Below, piece by piece: positions 10,216 through 18,790 of a stretch of 64,000 bases of DNA. The position numbers were made by a program, and so were the translations under genes. Position 1 is the first letter of the stretch, and the number at the start of each line of letters is the position of its first letter. The stretch lies in NCBI GenBank assembly GCA_963844765.1, contig CAWJPN010000001.1:218565-282564 (forward strand), read 5' to 3'. The DNA comes from an uncultured Solirubrobacterales bacterium. GTDB taxonomy: Bacteria > Actinomycetota > Thermoleophilia > Solirubrobacterales > Solirubrobacteraceae. The notes beneath the pieces were generated by a model. The model did not search any database, was not told the DNA's origin, and saw nothing but the letters and a program-made list of their open reading frames with translations.

Positions 10216-11030
10216 AGCAACGCGGCCACCGAGGTGGCCAGGTTCAGGCTCGAGACTCCTGGGCGCATCGGCAGGCTGACGCGCGCCTGCGCGTGGGCAA
10301 GCAGTTCCTCGGAAAGGCCGTGGCGCTCGGTGCCGAAGGCCAGGAGCGCACGCTGGGGCAGGTGCTCCGGGCGCACCATTTCGCCCTCTGTGTCGACTGC
10401 GATCAGCGGACGCCGACTGTCGAGCAGGCTCTCTGCGTTGAGTGGGTTCTCTGTGCCAAGCGGGCTCTCGGCGCTGGCAAGCAGGCTCTCTGGGTAGCCA
10501 CTGGACACGTCGTCTGCCACGCGCGCGACGGGGAGCGCGAACTGAAGTCCCACGCCGATGCGTACGGCGGTTGGACACCACGGATCGTGGATGCCAGTCG
10601 TCAGCAGCCCCGCGACGTTCGCAGCGGCGGCAGTGCGCACGCACCAGCCGATATTGCCCAGACCCCGCGGTCGCTCCAGCAGGACCACCGGCGCGGGCCG
10701 TGGATCGGCGAGCGCCGCCGTCACGTCGACGGCCGGGCGCCGTGCGAGGGCGAGCACGCCTGTGATGGGCGCCTTCAGGCCCGCCGCCTGCATGCGCTCG
10801 GGCGAGACCACGGGGGTCCTGGGGGGCAGACGCTCGAGGATGTCCGGCGCCAGCGCCTCGGCCAGCTTGCCCACTTCCTCGGGGTCGGTGATCGCTGCGC
10901 GCAGGATCTCCGCGCCAAAGCGCAGCGCGTGCTTGAGCGCGTGAAAGCCTTCGATCAGGACGAGGTCGGGGTCGCGCCGGGCTTGGCGCAGTGCGGCGAG
11001 CGGGTCGGAGGGGAGGGACACCGCCGCCAA
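10173..11030 (-). CDS. TrmH/SpoU family RNA methyltransferase
   Basis: IEGFHALKHAL, GNIGWCVR, FGTERHGLS, SSLNLATS motifs. Confidence 0.88.
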   Translation of the reverse strand: MAAVSLPSDPLAALRQARRDPDLVLIEGFHALKHALRFGAEILRAAITDPEEVGKLAEALAPDILERLPPRTPVVSPERMQAAGLKAPITGVLALARRPAVDVTAALADPRPAPVVLLERPRGLGNIGWCVRTAAAANVAGLLTTGIHDPWCPTAVRIGVGLQFALPVARVADDVSSGYPESLLASAESPLGTENPLNAESLLDSRRPLIAVDTEGEMVRPEHLPQRALLAFGTERHGLSEELLAHAQARVSLPMRPGVSSLNLATSVAALLYAWRLSAGGVDES

Positions 11031-11048
11031 TCCTGGCAGGCTGGGGCT

Positions 11049-11435
11049 TCAGATCATGAGGACCTTGACGGGATAGCGCGCCACCAACGGGTCTGCCGTC
11101 AGGATCGGCACATCGAGCAGTCGTGCCTGTGCCACAAGCAGACGGTCGAAGGGGTCGCGATGCAGTGGTTTCAGTTCTGCCACGGCAAGCGCGTGGGGAT
11201 GCTCGACAGGCAGCCCCTGGGCGCGTATCGCACGCATGCGTGTGGGGACATAGCGTTGCGGTGGCTCGGGCAATGGCAGTCGCCCCAGCCGATGCTTGAT
11301 GGCGATCTCCCATGAGCTTGCGGCCGAGAAGAGCAACTCGCTGCTCTGATCCTCGACGAGGGCCAAGTGCTCACCCAAACGCTCCGGCTCGGTGTTGAGC
11401 CAGAGGAAAACGTGCGTATCGAGCAGGAGTCTCAC
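11049..11435 (-). CDS. vapC: PIN-domain toxin
   Basis: LLLDTHVFLW, SSWEIAIK, HRDPFDRLLVAQA, LTAD. Confidence 0.92.
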   Translation of the reverse strand: MRLLLDTHVFLWLNTEPERLGEHLALVEDQSSELLFSAASSWEIAIKHRLGRLPLPEPPQRYVPTRMRAIRAQGLPVEHPHALAVAELKPLHRDPFDRLLVAQARLLDVPILTADPLVARYPVKVLMI

Positions 11436-11665
11436 CGCTCGAAAGTGTCGAGCAGATCGTCTGGAAGCGGCTCATCGAAATCGTCGGGAACGGTGAACAG
11501 TCCTCGATCAATGCCCAATCGCCGGGCGGCGAGCTGGAGCGCGGGCACCAGACTGGCCACGGCCTCGCCGCGGCGGGTGATCAGCACCTCTTCCCCGGCC
11601 GCCACATCCTCCAGCAGTCGCGAGAGGTGGGTCTTGGCCTCGTGCACACCAACAGACTTAGTCAT
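11432..11665 (-). CDS. Phd/YefM-type antitoxin
   Basis: VHEAKTHLSRLL..V..GEEV.ITR; overlaps the toxin start. Confidence 0.9.
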   Translation of the reverse strand: MTKSVGVHEAKTHLSRLLEDVAAGEEVLITRRGEAVASLVPALQLAARRLGIDRGLFTVPDDFDEPLPDDLLDTFER

Positions 11666-11807
11666 GGACTTAGTCTAGCAGATGGCCCCGAGCTCGATCC
11701 CAGCGATCGCGTGCATCTATGGCGAAGGTTGAACTCGTCGCTATAGCGAGTGGTTGGCCAACGCTGAATTCTCAGGGCCGCCGGAAGCGGACGGTAAACT
11801 TGGCTTT

Positions 11808-12011
11808 ATGAGCATCCCCCCCCGTGCCACGCTGATCGAGCCAGGTCACGAGGCCGAGTGGGCTGCGCTCAACGAGGAAAAGCGCCGCGCGCTGACCCCG
11901 CCCCCCGAGACCCCGATCGCCGAGATGCTAAGACGCGGACAGCGTCTTTCGGCCCAGGCGGCAGCGCTGCTGCGAGCGGTCGAGCGAGCGGATGGCCACC
12001 CTCGACCCTGA
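11808..12011 (+). CDS. Small hypothetical protein, probable partner of the downstream nucleotidyltransferase
   Basis: ATG at 11808; stop overlaps the start of the next gene. Confidence 0.5.
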   Translation: MSIPPRATLIEPGHEAEWAALNEEKRRALTPPPETPIAEMLRRGQRLSAQAAALLRAVERADGHPRP

Positions 12012-12496
12012 ACTGGATGTCGCCGCAGCCGCAATGGTCGCCGCGCAAGCTCGCTTCGTTGTGATTGGCGGATTTGCGGTCATCGCCAACCGCTTCATCC
12101 GAGCGACCGAGGACATCGACTTTCTGATCCCTGACGAATCTCGAGAATGACCGCCGCGTGCTGAGTGCTCTTCTCGCACTCGACGGTCGGCGCCTTCGTG
12201 ACAACGCGCAGCTTTGCGAGGAGCACCTATTCAGCCAGACACACCTACGGACGAAGACACTCGCCGGAGTGGTGGACATCCTGCGTGGCGGTCTTCCCCC
12301 ACTCGACTACGAGACCGTCGAGGAGCGCGCGATGCGCGCCGACTACGGGACGGTTGAGTTCCTCGTCGCCAGCCTGAGCAGCATCGTGGGCTTCAAGCGC
12401 CTTGCCGATCGTCCCCGAGACCGAAACGATCTGATCGGCTTGGCTGAGGTTCACGGAGAGCTGCCGCTCGACTCGATCCCAGGGCTGGATCCATAG
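11992..12496 (+). pseudogene. Minimal nucleotidyltransferase-family protein, frameshifted near 12140
   Basis: MATLDPEL..VVIGGFAV..RATEDID stops at 12148-12150; a second frame continues ENDRRVLSALL..KRLADRPRDRNDL; possibly an assembly indel. Confidence 0.7.
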
Positions 12497-12532
12497 CTAT
12501 CGCCATTGTCTATCGAATGGCTCGGGTCGTTC

Positions 12533-12727
12533 TCAGCGCGGCCCGGTGGGGGGTGGTATCTCCAGTTGCCGACAGATCTTGCGGGCGAGCCCGTAGTCGA
12601 TCTCTCGATGGCGTGGCACCACCGAGCGCGCGCCCTGGGGACCAGCCCAGCGGGTGTGGTTGCCGCCCTCGTCAACCTCTCGACAACCCTGCGCGCGAAG
12701 GTGGCGCTCAAGCTCGCGGCGCTTCAT
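12533..12727 (-). CDS. hicA: HicA family toxin
   Basis: MKRRELERHL..GC..EGGNHT..VPRHREID. Confidence 0.9.
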   Translation of the reverse strand: MKRRELERHLRAQGCREVDEGGNHTRWAGPQGARSVVPRHREIDYGLARKICRQLEIPPPTGPR

Positions 12728-12945
12728 GCAGCGATCGTCAGATGCAGCGCCTCGCGTTCGCGCCGATCGTCGGTGTCTCCCGGCTCCGGCGAGAGCATGA
12801 GCCGCAGCGCGTCGATGACGTTGGCCCGTGCCTCATCCCGCGTTCGGCCCTGGCTGAAGACACCGGCGACCTCAGGGATCGACGCGACTACCCAGCCTTC
12901 CTCGCCGGGTTCGTAGATGATCGTCAGATCAAGCTGTTCGGGCAC
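12724..12945 (-). CDS. hicB: HicB family antitoxin (short form)
   Basis: IIYEPGEEGWVVASIPEVAGVFSQGRTRDEARANVIDAL; GTG start at 12945. Confidence 0.88.
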   Translation of the reverse strand: MPEQLDLTIIYEPGEEGWVVASIPEVAGVFSQGRTRDEARANVIDALRLMLSPEPGDTDDRREREALHLTIAA

Positions 12946-13034
12946 ACGGCAGACGATATCGCCCCATTGCGCGTATCGCCGGTCGAGTGGGTGGAGCCGA
13001 TCCCGCCGACCCCCGCGTTTGCAGGATTCCCAAA

Positions 13035-13079
13035 CGCGCCCGGCGCGATTCGAACGCGCGACCTCTCGCTCCGGAGGCG
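13035..13079 (-). repeat. attR of element A: displaced 3' half of tRNA-Arg(CCG)
   Basis: 13035-13076 identical (42 bp) to 26239-26280; 22-bp match to the intact tRNA at 42156-42177; no 5' half. Confidence 0.92.
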
Positions 13080-13187
13080 GACGAGGCGAACGGGCGGAAT
13101 CCCGCACCAGCACTGGGATTCCGCCCGTTTTGACACCCAGGATGGCACCCCCAAAACACGGGATTTGCGGGCGATTACCGGGGGTTC

Positions 13188-13209
13188 TGGCCAACCGTTG
13201 GCCAAAACC
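13188..13209. promoter_or_regulatory. Candidate integrase arm-type sites of element A (TGGCCA repeats)
   Basis: TGGCCAACCGTTGGCCAAAAC ~110 bp inside attR; similar paired repeats at 26135-26157 near the other att. Confidence 0.6.
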
Positions 13210-13250
13210 CGTGGCCCGGACGCGATCGAGCACGCGGCACGCCGCCTCGT

Positions 13251-13607
13251 TCAGTCGCCCCGGGCCCGCCCCTGCTGCTCGTCAACCTCGACGCGGCTCA
13301 GCACTTCTCCCTGCGGCCCGTAGATCGGTATGGAGCGGCCCGAGACGCCATTCGCGCGACCCTTGAGCCTTGGTCGCAGCCAGGACGCCACCCACGCTTT
13401 GACCGCCTCGGTGACTCGCTCGACCTCGGGGTCAGCGAGCTTCTGCAACAGGTAGATCGACAGTACTTCCGCAACGTCCGCGCCCCTTCGCTCGACTGGT
13501 GCTCGGTGCTCCGTGTCGAAGCCGGCTCCCTCCAAGGCATCGAACAGCTCTCTGAATGGCCTGACGGATTCGACGGCGACCATCGGGCGGTGCCCTGCCT
13601 CGTTCAC
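13251..13607 (-). CDS. Hypothetical cargo protein
   Basis: 118-aa ORF with plausible composition. Confidence 0.5.
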   Translation of the reverse strand: MNEAGHRPMVAVESVRPFRELFDALEGAGFDTEHRAPVERRGADVAEVLSIYLLQKLADPEVERVTEAVKAWVASWLRPRLKGRANGVSGRSIPIYGPQGEVLSRVEVDEQQGRARGD

Positions 13608-13697
13608 AGGGGTCGATCATACGCGCTGGCGCGCGCCGGGCGTTTACCGCGGGGCCAGCCAGCACGCGACGTCGGTTCCTGGCGCTGTACTGTGCGC

Positions 13698-13985
13698 CGC
13701 ATGGCAAGCAGCGAGTCGCTTATCGATCAGGCGCTGGCGGCAACAGCAGCAGCAGCACCGGCCACGCTCGACAAGCCCATCGAGGTCACTCCTCAACAGG
13801 CGCTCGTGCTGAGCGTCTACGAGGCGGTGGAGGCCAAGCGCCGGGGCTGGCCCGGCTCCGATGACGCGACCGTCGAGCGCTGTGTCCGAACGGCGAGGCG
13901 TGCGGGCGTAGCCGAGCACGAGATCGAGGCAGCTATTGCGGCCGGTGAGCAGACGCAGGACGAGCCCGACAACAGCGACGATTGA
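13698..13985 (+). CDS. Small hypothetical protein
   Basis: ATG GCA AGC start at about 13701; helical, acidic C-terminus. Confidence 0.4.
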   Translation, partial: RMASSESLIDQALAATAAAAPATLDKPIEVTPQQALVLSVYEAVEAKRRGWPGSDDATVERCVRTARRAGVAEHEIEAAIAAGEQTQDEPDNSDD

Positions 13986-14080
13986 GCCTTGGCGAGACGC
14001 CGTGCCAGCTATCGTGCTTCCTATTGCTCCCCGCCGTCCGGGCCTCACGGCTGCACTGGCGGGGGGAATCTCACCGGAAC

Positions 14081-14410
14081 TCAAGGGGCAGGATCGTCCT
14101 TGCGGACAGCGAAGACTGTGCCGTCATGCGATATGCGCTTAGGATCGGGGAGTCCGCTCCCGCCTAATGATCCGTCAGGTCGTAGATAGCGGTGTATGAG
14201 CGCGACCTTGACGATCCGGCCGCCCCGAGCCTCGATGTACTCGACGATTTGGCTTCGGGTGCCGGCAGCTTGGTGCGCACGCTCGCTGGGCTCCCGGTCG
14301 GTGACGATGATCTCAAGTAGCTCATTCCGAGCGATTCTGGGTAGAATCTCCTTGTTGAAGATCCGGCGCAGCTCGCCCGGGCTGACCCTCTGAACTGGAG
14401 GCATATTCAT
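14081..14410 (-). CDS. Hypothetical protein with HRYLRPDGSLGGSGLPDPK motif (possible RNase-type toxin)
   Basis: Distinctive conserved-looking motif; function is inference. Confidence 0.55.
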   Translation of the reverse strand: MNMPPVQRVSPGELRRIFNKEILPRIARNELLEIIVTDREPSERAHQAAGTRSQIVEYIEARGGRIVKVALIHRYLRPDGSLGGSGLPDPKRISHDGTVFAVRKDDPAP

Positions 14411-14741
14411 GCTTGATCTGGAGATCAGAGAGCGCATTGCGCGCTACACGCGAGGCGACCTCGGGGCACGCGAGCTCGAAGATTGGCTAGAGGGCGTCGT
14501 TTGGGGCCTCGATACTCAGCCGGAGAAAGACCTCGCGGCGACGGCACTCTCGCTCCTCGTTGAGCACGCCAACGGCGACTGGACCGATGCCGAGCTGCGC
14601 GGACGCTTGGGGGCATTGAGTCGTACCTACTGGTTTGACCACGCACCGAGAACCGTGATATCGGGTTCGATAGCGCGCGTCACCCGACTGAACCAGTCGT
14701 CGGGATCGGCTGGAATACGGCCCGCAACGGCATCCGTGTGA
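14409..14741 (+). CDS. Small acidic helical protein (immunity-protein-like)
   Basis: RERIARYTRGDLGARELEDWL pattern. Confidence 0.5.
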   Translation: MLDLEIRERIARYTRGDLGARELEDWLEGVVWGLDTQPEKDLAATALSLLVEHANGDWTDAELRGRLGALSRTYWFDHAPRTVISGSIARVTRLNQSSGSAGIRPATASV

Positions 14742-15111
14742 TGCGGGTGCCATCGAGGAGCACGTCGAACCAATAGAGCCCCTGCTGGTCCGCCTCGAAC
14801 ATGGCGTTGATGACTATGTTGCCGCCGCGCTCCTCGCCCTCGAAGAGCATGTGAGCCTGGAGGATCTGCGACTGCTCGCCCGAGGGCTTCTCAAGACGCA
14901 CCTCCACCGGCAGGTTGGCTCTTGCTTCCCCCGACTTCAGGCAGATAAGGAACATGATCGGCGTGCGGGGGTTCAATGGCTGGCCGTCCTCGCCGGCCAC
15001 AAAGAAGATCCGGTCGATGATCCTGATGGCGCTCATCGCGCCATCCTGCTCCTGGAGCACCTTCTCGCAGATCAAGGCCGCCTGGATGAATGGGCCGCTC
15101 TCGTTGGCCAT
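14680..15111 (-). CDS. DUF6941-like beta-sandwich protein
   Basis: ALICEKVLQEQDG..S.IRIID; GLYWFDVLLDG; RBS GGAGG upstream. Confidence 0.6.
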   Translation of the reverse strand: MANESGPFIQAALICEKVLQEQDGAMSAIRIIDRIFFVAGEDGQPLNPRTPIMFLICLKSGEARANLPVEVRLEKPSGEQSQILQAHMLFEGEERGGNIVINAMFEADQQGLYWFDVLLDGTRITRMPLRAVFQPIPTTGSVG

Positions 15112-15215
15112 CTCGTCGTCCTCCCTGTCGGAATCGCAGGCGATAGCCTACGCGACCGACACCAAAGACCGCCGCGAGGTTAGGCGAGTCCACCAGCGTG
15201 GCCCGCGCGGGCTCG

Positions 15216-16061
15216 CTACGGCGACGGCGGCGCGGCGCGCCGAGGTTCGGGCTCGCCCAGCTCGACGGCGCCCCCCTGCCTGAGCGCCGCCGGATCGATA
15301 CAGCGGACCGTCACGGGAGCCTGCGCAGGCCACGCGGCCTCCCTGGCGCTCGCGGCGGCCTCACTGGCGCTCGCGGCGGCCTCACTGGCGAGCTGCGCCG
15401 TCTTCTCGTGCTCCCTGGGGGTGCGCTCATGCGGCGGCCGGCTGAAGTCCGCGAATAGCTCGTCGCGCACCTGCTGGTAGGTGCCCTCCGCCTCGGCTAT
15501 CTGCGCGCGCAGCCACAACCGCGGCGCGGGGCTGAGTTCGGCCGCGCGCCGTATCTCGCCGTCCAGCGCCTCAAGCCCCACGGCAGCGTCATGTAGACGA
15601 TGCCCTCGCGGCTGGTCGAAACGTCCGGGGAGTACGGCGCCGAGAGACATCTCAGCGCCACGGAGTAGCCGCCGGTCCCAGTCCCCGACCTGGCGCGCAG
15701 TGATCCGGCCGGCGATGAGGCTCACGTTCGCCGCCGCCTCGGCTTGGGTGTGCCCGCAATGCTCGGCGAGGTGGCGGCCGAGCACCGCCGTGCCGATTCG
15801 GCGTAGTGCCCTCTCTCGCCGCGCGAGCCGCCGACGCTCGTCGCGCGACCGCGAGGCCGGACCGGCGTTGATCCCGGCGACGTGCAGCAGCACCGCCTCT
15901 GCTCTCGCCTCGGCGGAGCCGTCGGGCTGTGACAGGCGCGCGAGGTGCAGCAGGGCACCCCAGCCGACGCGCACAAGGTCGACCTGGCCACCCGCGGGCA
16001 GGATGATCGCGCGGGTGGTCTCCAGCCGCGCGCCCAAAACGGTAGTCAAAGGACTCGGCAA
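15216..16061 (-). CDS. Hypothetical protein with possible HTH segment
   Basis: 281-aa ORF divergent from the replication operon; TQAEAAANV segment. Confidence 0.45.
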   Translation of the reverse strand: MPSPLTTVLGARLETTRAIILPAGGQVDLVRVGWGALLHLARLSQPDGSAEARAEAVLLHVAGINAGPASRSRDERRRLARRERALRRIGTAVLGRHLAEHCGHTQAEAAANVSLIAGRITARQVGDWDRRLLRGAEMSLGAVLPGRFDQPRGHRLHDAAVGLEALDGEIRRAAELSPAPRLWLRAQIAEAEGTYQQVRDELFADFSRPPHERTPREHEKTAQLASEAAASASEAAASAREAAWPAQAPVTVRCIDPAALRQGGAVELGEPEPRRAAPPSP

Positions 16062-16071
16062 CCTGGGACAG

Positions 16072-16410
16072 ATGAGTCAAGTTGATGCACCCCCACAGCT
16101 TTGCGGGGCGCCCGGTCGGAGCCCCAACGAAGCGCTGAGCTTCGCCGTTTTGCGCCTGCGGGCAAAGGGCATCTTCGCGGTGGACATCGCTCGCGCCGCC
16201 GGCATACATCCGAGCCGTTTGTCGCGCCTGCAGAACGGCCACCAGACGCCCACAGTCGACGAGGCGCGTCGGCTCGCGGACCTTTTAGAGCAGCCATCGG
16301 AGAGCCTGTTCCCCAGGCTCGCGCCTGTTAACGCGAGCGACGGCGCGGGGACCACCGCACCGTCGCTCAAAACTTCGCCGGGCGGCCAGGCCCAACATGC
16401 ACCAGCCTAG
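16072..16410 (+). CDS. XRE/Cro-like HTH protein, first gene of the A replication operon
   Basis: IARAAGIHPSRLSRLQNG..PT helix-turn-helix. Confidence 0.75.
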   Translation: MSQVDAPPQLCGAPGRSPNEALSFAVLRLRAKGIFAVDIARAAGIHPSRLSRLQNGHQTPTVDEARRLADLLEQPSESLFPRLAPVNASDGAGTTAPSLKTSPGGQAQHAPA

Positions 16411-16414
16411 CGCC
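16327..16414 (+). ncRNA. Candidate structured RNA (motif 1, copy A)
   Basis: Near-identical to 27961-28047; hairpin GAGCGACGG...CCGTCGCTC. Confidence 0.5.
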
Positions 16415-16801
16415 CCGTCCCGACGCGATCGGTCCAGCCAGCGGCCGGATCCGTTCGCACGGCCGCTCGATGCGCTGCTCCAGCGGCTCCGCGAGGCCGG
16501 GTTGCCCTATTACTGGTCGCAGACCGATCTCAAGATATGGAAAGCCGTTTGCCCAAGCTGCCGCGCGCCCGAATGGGGATTGAGCGTCCGCGAGAGCTAC
16601 GTCGGCGGGCAGGTCACGGTCCGGTGCGCCGGCGGGTGTTCGGACGGCGAGATCCGTACAGCTCTCGACGCGGCAGCACGCGAGGTCGATCCTTACGCGC
16701 TGGAGCTGGCCGTGCAGGCGCGTGATATCGCCGAGGCCGCACTCGCGCTCGGCGCCGCGCATGCCAAGGGCCAATCCCCCGAGTTAAGGGTGGCGGCGTG
16801 A
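16397..16801 (+). CDS. Stand-alone primase zinc-binding-domain-like protein
   Basis: VCPSC...RCAGGC; homologous to 28293-28670; GTGA overlap with the helicase. Confidence 0.6.
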   Translation: MHQPSAPSRRDRSSQRPDPFARPLDALLQRLREAGLPYYWSQTDLKIWKAVCPSCRAPEWGLSVRESYVGGQVTVRCAGGCSDGEIRTALDAAAREVDPYALELAVQARDIAEAALALGAAHAKGQSPELRVAA

Positions 16802-17975
16802 GCGATGCCCCGTTCCTCGAAAGCGCCGCCGACCTACTGGGCGAGCCCGACCCCGGCCCCACACCATTCCTCGTGGAGGGCCTGATCGTGGACCATTCGA
16901 TCGCAGCGGAGCAGGGGCCACCGAAGGTCGGGAAGACCTGGATCGCTCTAGAGACCGCCACGTCCGTCGTCACCGGCCTGCCAGCGTTCGGCCAATTCGC
17001 CACGCTCAAGGGTCCCGCCATCATCATCCTGGAGGAGTCCGGCCGCGCGGCCCTGCACCGGCGCCTCGACGCGCTTGCACGCGGCCGTGCGATCAAGCCC
17101 GACCAGCTCCGGGACCTGCACTTCGCCGCGAACCGCCGGGTACGCCTAGACGACCCGAAGTGGCGCGAGCGCATCCTCGCCGACGCCGGCAAGATCAAGC
17201 CACGGCTCGTCATCTTCGACCCGCTCGTCAGGCTGAAAGGGGCTGGCACGTCAGAGAACGACCAGGGCGAGATGGCGCACGTCCTGGACTTCCTACGCGA
17301 CCTCCGCGACGCCCTGGAGGCAGCCGTGCTGTTCGTCCACCACACCGGCCACGGCGGCACACACCTACGCGGCACATCCGACCTGGAGGGCTACTGGGAG
17401 TCCAAGCTCTCGCTCGCCGCCAACCCAGACGGCACCACCGAAGTCACCGCCGAACACCGCGAGGCCGAGGCGACCGAGCCGTTCCAGTTCCGCCAAGCAT
17501 GGGACCAACACGGCTCCGTGCGACTCGCAATCGTCGAAGACGGCCGCACACAACAACTCCGCGAAGCGATCACCGCACACGTCCGCGAGCACCCCGGAGA
17601 GCACGCCGACGGCATCGCCAAAGCCGTCCACAAACGCGCCGCAGACGTCCGCGCACAGCTCTCCGAACTCGAGAACGCCGGGACGCTCTACCGGCAAGCG
17701 TCCGAGTACCCGGACAAGGCCGGACGGCCAAAGCGCCGCGCCACATGGTTCCCCACACCACAAGCCAAAGAACAGCCATCAGTCGGCGTCCCAAACCACC
17801 GGACGCCCAACGAACAGCCGACCTCCGAAAGTGGCTCAGCGTCCCAGCGTCCCGCCTTTAACAAAGGCGGACGCGGGACGCCCACTGATCGGACACTCCG
17901 GACACGCTCCCAGAAGGCTGGTCACTCAACGACCTCGAAGCAGTCGCAGTCGAGCACCGAGAGGCCATCCAATGA
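16798..17975 (+). CDS. AAA_25/RepA-type replicative helicase, probable frameshift near the 3' end
   Basis: GPPKVGKT Walker A, LVIFDPL Walker B, FVHHTG, LRGTSDL; an alternative frame ends EGWSLNDLEAVAVEHREAIQ* with an ATGA overlap onto the next gene. Confidence 0.78.
17839..17881. promoter_or_regulatory. Candidate replication origin of A (long imperfect palindrome)
   Basis: GCGTCCC-A-GCGTCCCGCCTTT-AAC-AAAGGCGG-ACGC-GGGACGC at the 3' end of the helicase gene. Confidence 0.5.
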
Positions 17976-18436
17976 CGCCCCCGGTCGCCCTCGCGCAGCA
18001 CGCCCAGGCAGGCGATTCTCGGCGGTCGCTCGGCCTGACGCCGCGCGAGCTGCTGCTCGTTGAGGCCACGGCGCAGCGCGTGGTCGAGCTGCTGCGCGAG
18101 CGCGACGACGTGCCGCCCACTGGGCTCGTGACTGCCGGCGAGCTTGCAGCGGCTTTTGGCTGCTCACGGACGTGGTGCTACGAACACGCCGCCGAGCTGG
18201 GCGCCGTTCGCCTCGGCGATGGGCCGAAGGCGCGGCTCAGGTTCGACCTGGAGGCGGCGCGTGAGGCCCTTGCGGGTGGGGGTGTTCGCCCCGGCAGCGA
18301 GAGGTCTGACACCCGGATCGCTAGTGCTGGTGCGGGTTCTCGCCCGTCTGCTCAGCGTGGAGCCCGTCGCGTTGGCCACTATCGGCCAAAACCGGGGGCG
18401 ATTCTGCGCCCGCGCAGCACCGGGGTTCGACCGTGA
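17972..18436 (+). CDS. Excisionase-like winged-HTH protein (A)
   Basis: LVTAGELAAAFGCSRTWCYEHAAELGAVRLGDGPKARLRFD; homologous to 30198-30641. Confidence 0.7.
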   Translation: MTPPVALAQHAQAGDSRRSLGLTPRELLLVEATAQRVVELLRERDDVPPTGLVTAGELAAAFGCSRTWCYEHAAELGAVRLGDGPKARLRFDLEAAREALAGGGVRPGSERSDTRIASAGAGSRPSAQRGARRVGHYRPKPGAILRPRSTGVRP

Positions 18437-18618
18437 CCGCCGAGAGCCCGACCGTGCTCATCGTGCCGCGCGCCTTGACGCTCGGCCGCATGTTGCGGGA
18501 GCCGCCGCCGCCGAGCATCGCCCGTGAGCTGTCGAGGATCGCCGCCGACAGGCTGGGTCGCAAGCTGGGCGCGCTGGAAGCCGCCGACCGAGGCGATCTA
18601 CGGAGGCGAGCAGCGTGA
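18433..18618 (+). CDS. Small hypothetical protein
   Basis: GTGA-coupled within the operon. Confidence 0.5.
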   Translation: MTAESPTVLIVPRALTLGRMLREPPPPSIARELSRIAADRLGRKLGALEAADRGDLRRRAA

Positions 18619-18790
18619 GCGCCGTGTTACCCAGCGCGACGCCCACGGATGCCGTCAGCGGCGCCGAGAACGGCTCACGGCCGGTGTTTCGCGGTGGTCC
18701 GTGCCCTGATCCGCGGCACTGCCGCTACTTCCTCCGCCTGCCGTCAGGTCCGTGGTCTTGCGAGAGCTGCCACCCGAGGGACGGCGAGCG

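Noticed and set aside
13035-13079. Additional tRNA genes at 13035 and 26239
   Set aside because: Only the anticodon loop to acceptor 3' strand is present; no D arm or 5' acceptor strand, so these are att remnants
16378-16392. Base-pairing between RNA motif 1 (GGGCGGCCAGG) and motif 2 (GCCGCCCTGGC)
   Set aside because: Only 6-7-nt GC-rich complementarity, expected by chance; not supportable without covariation data
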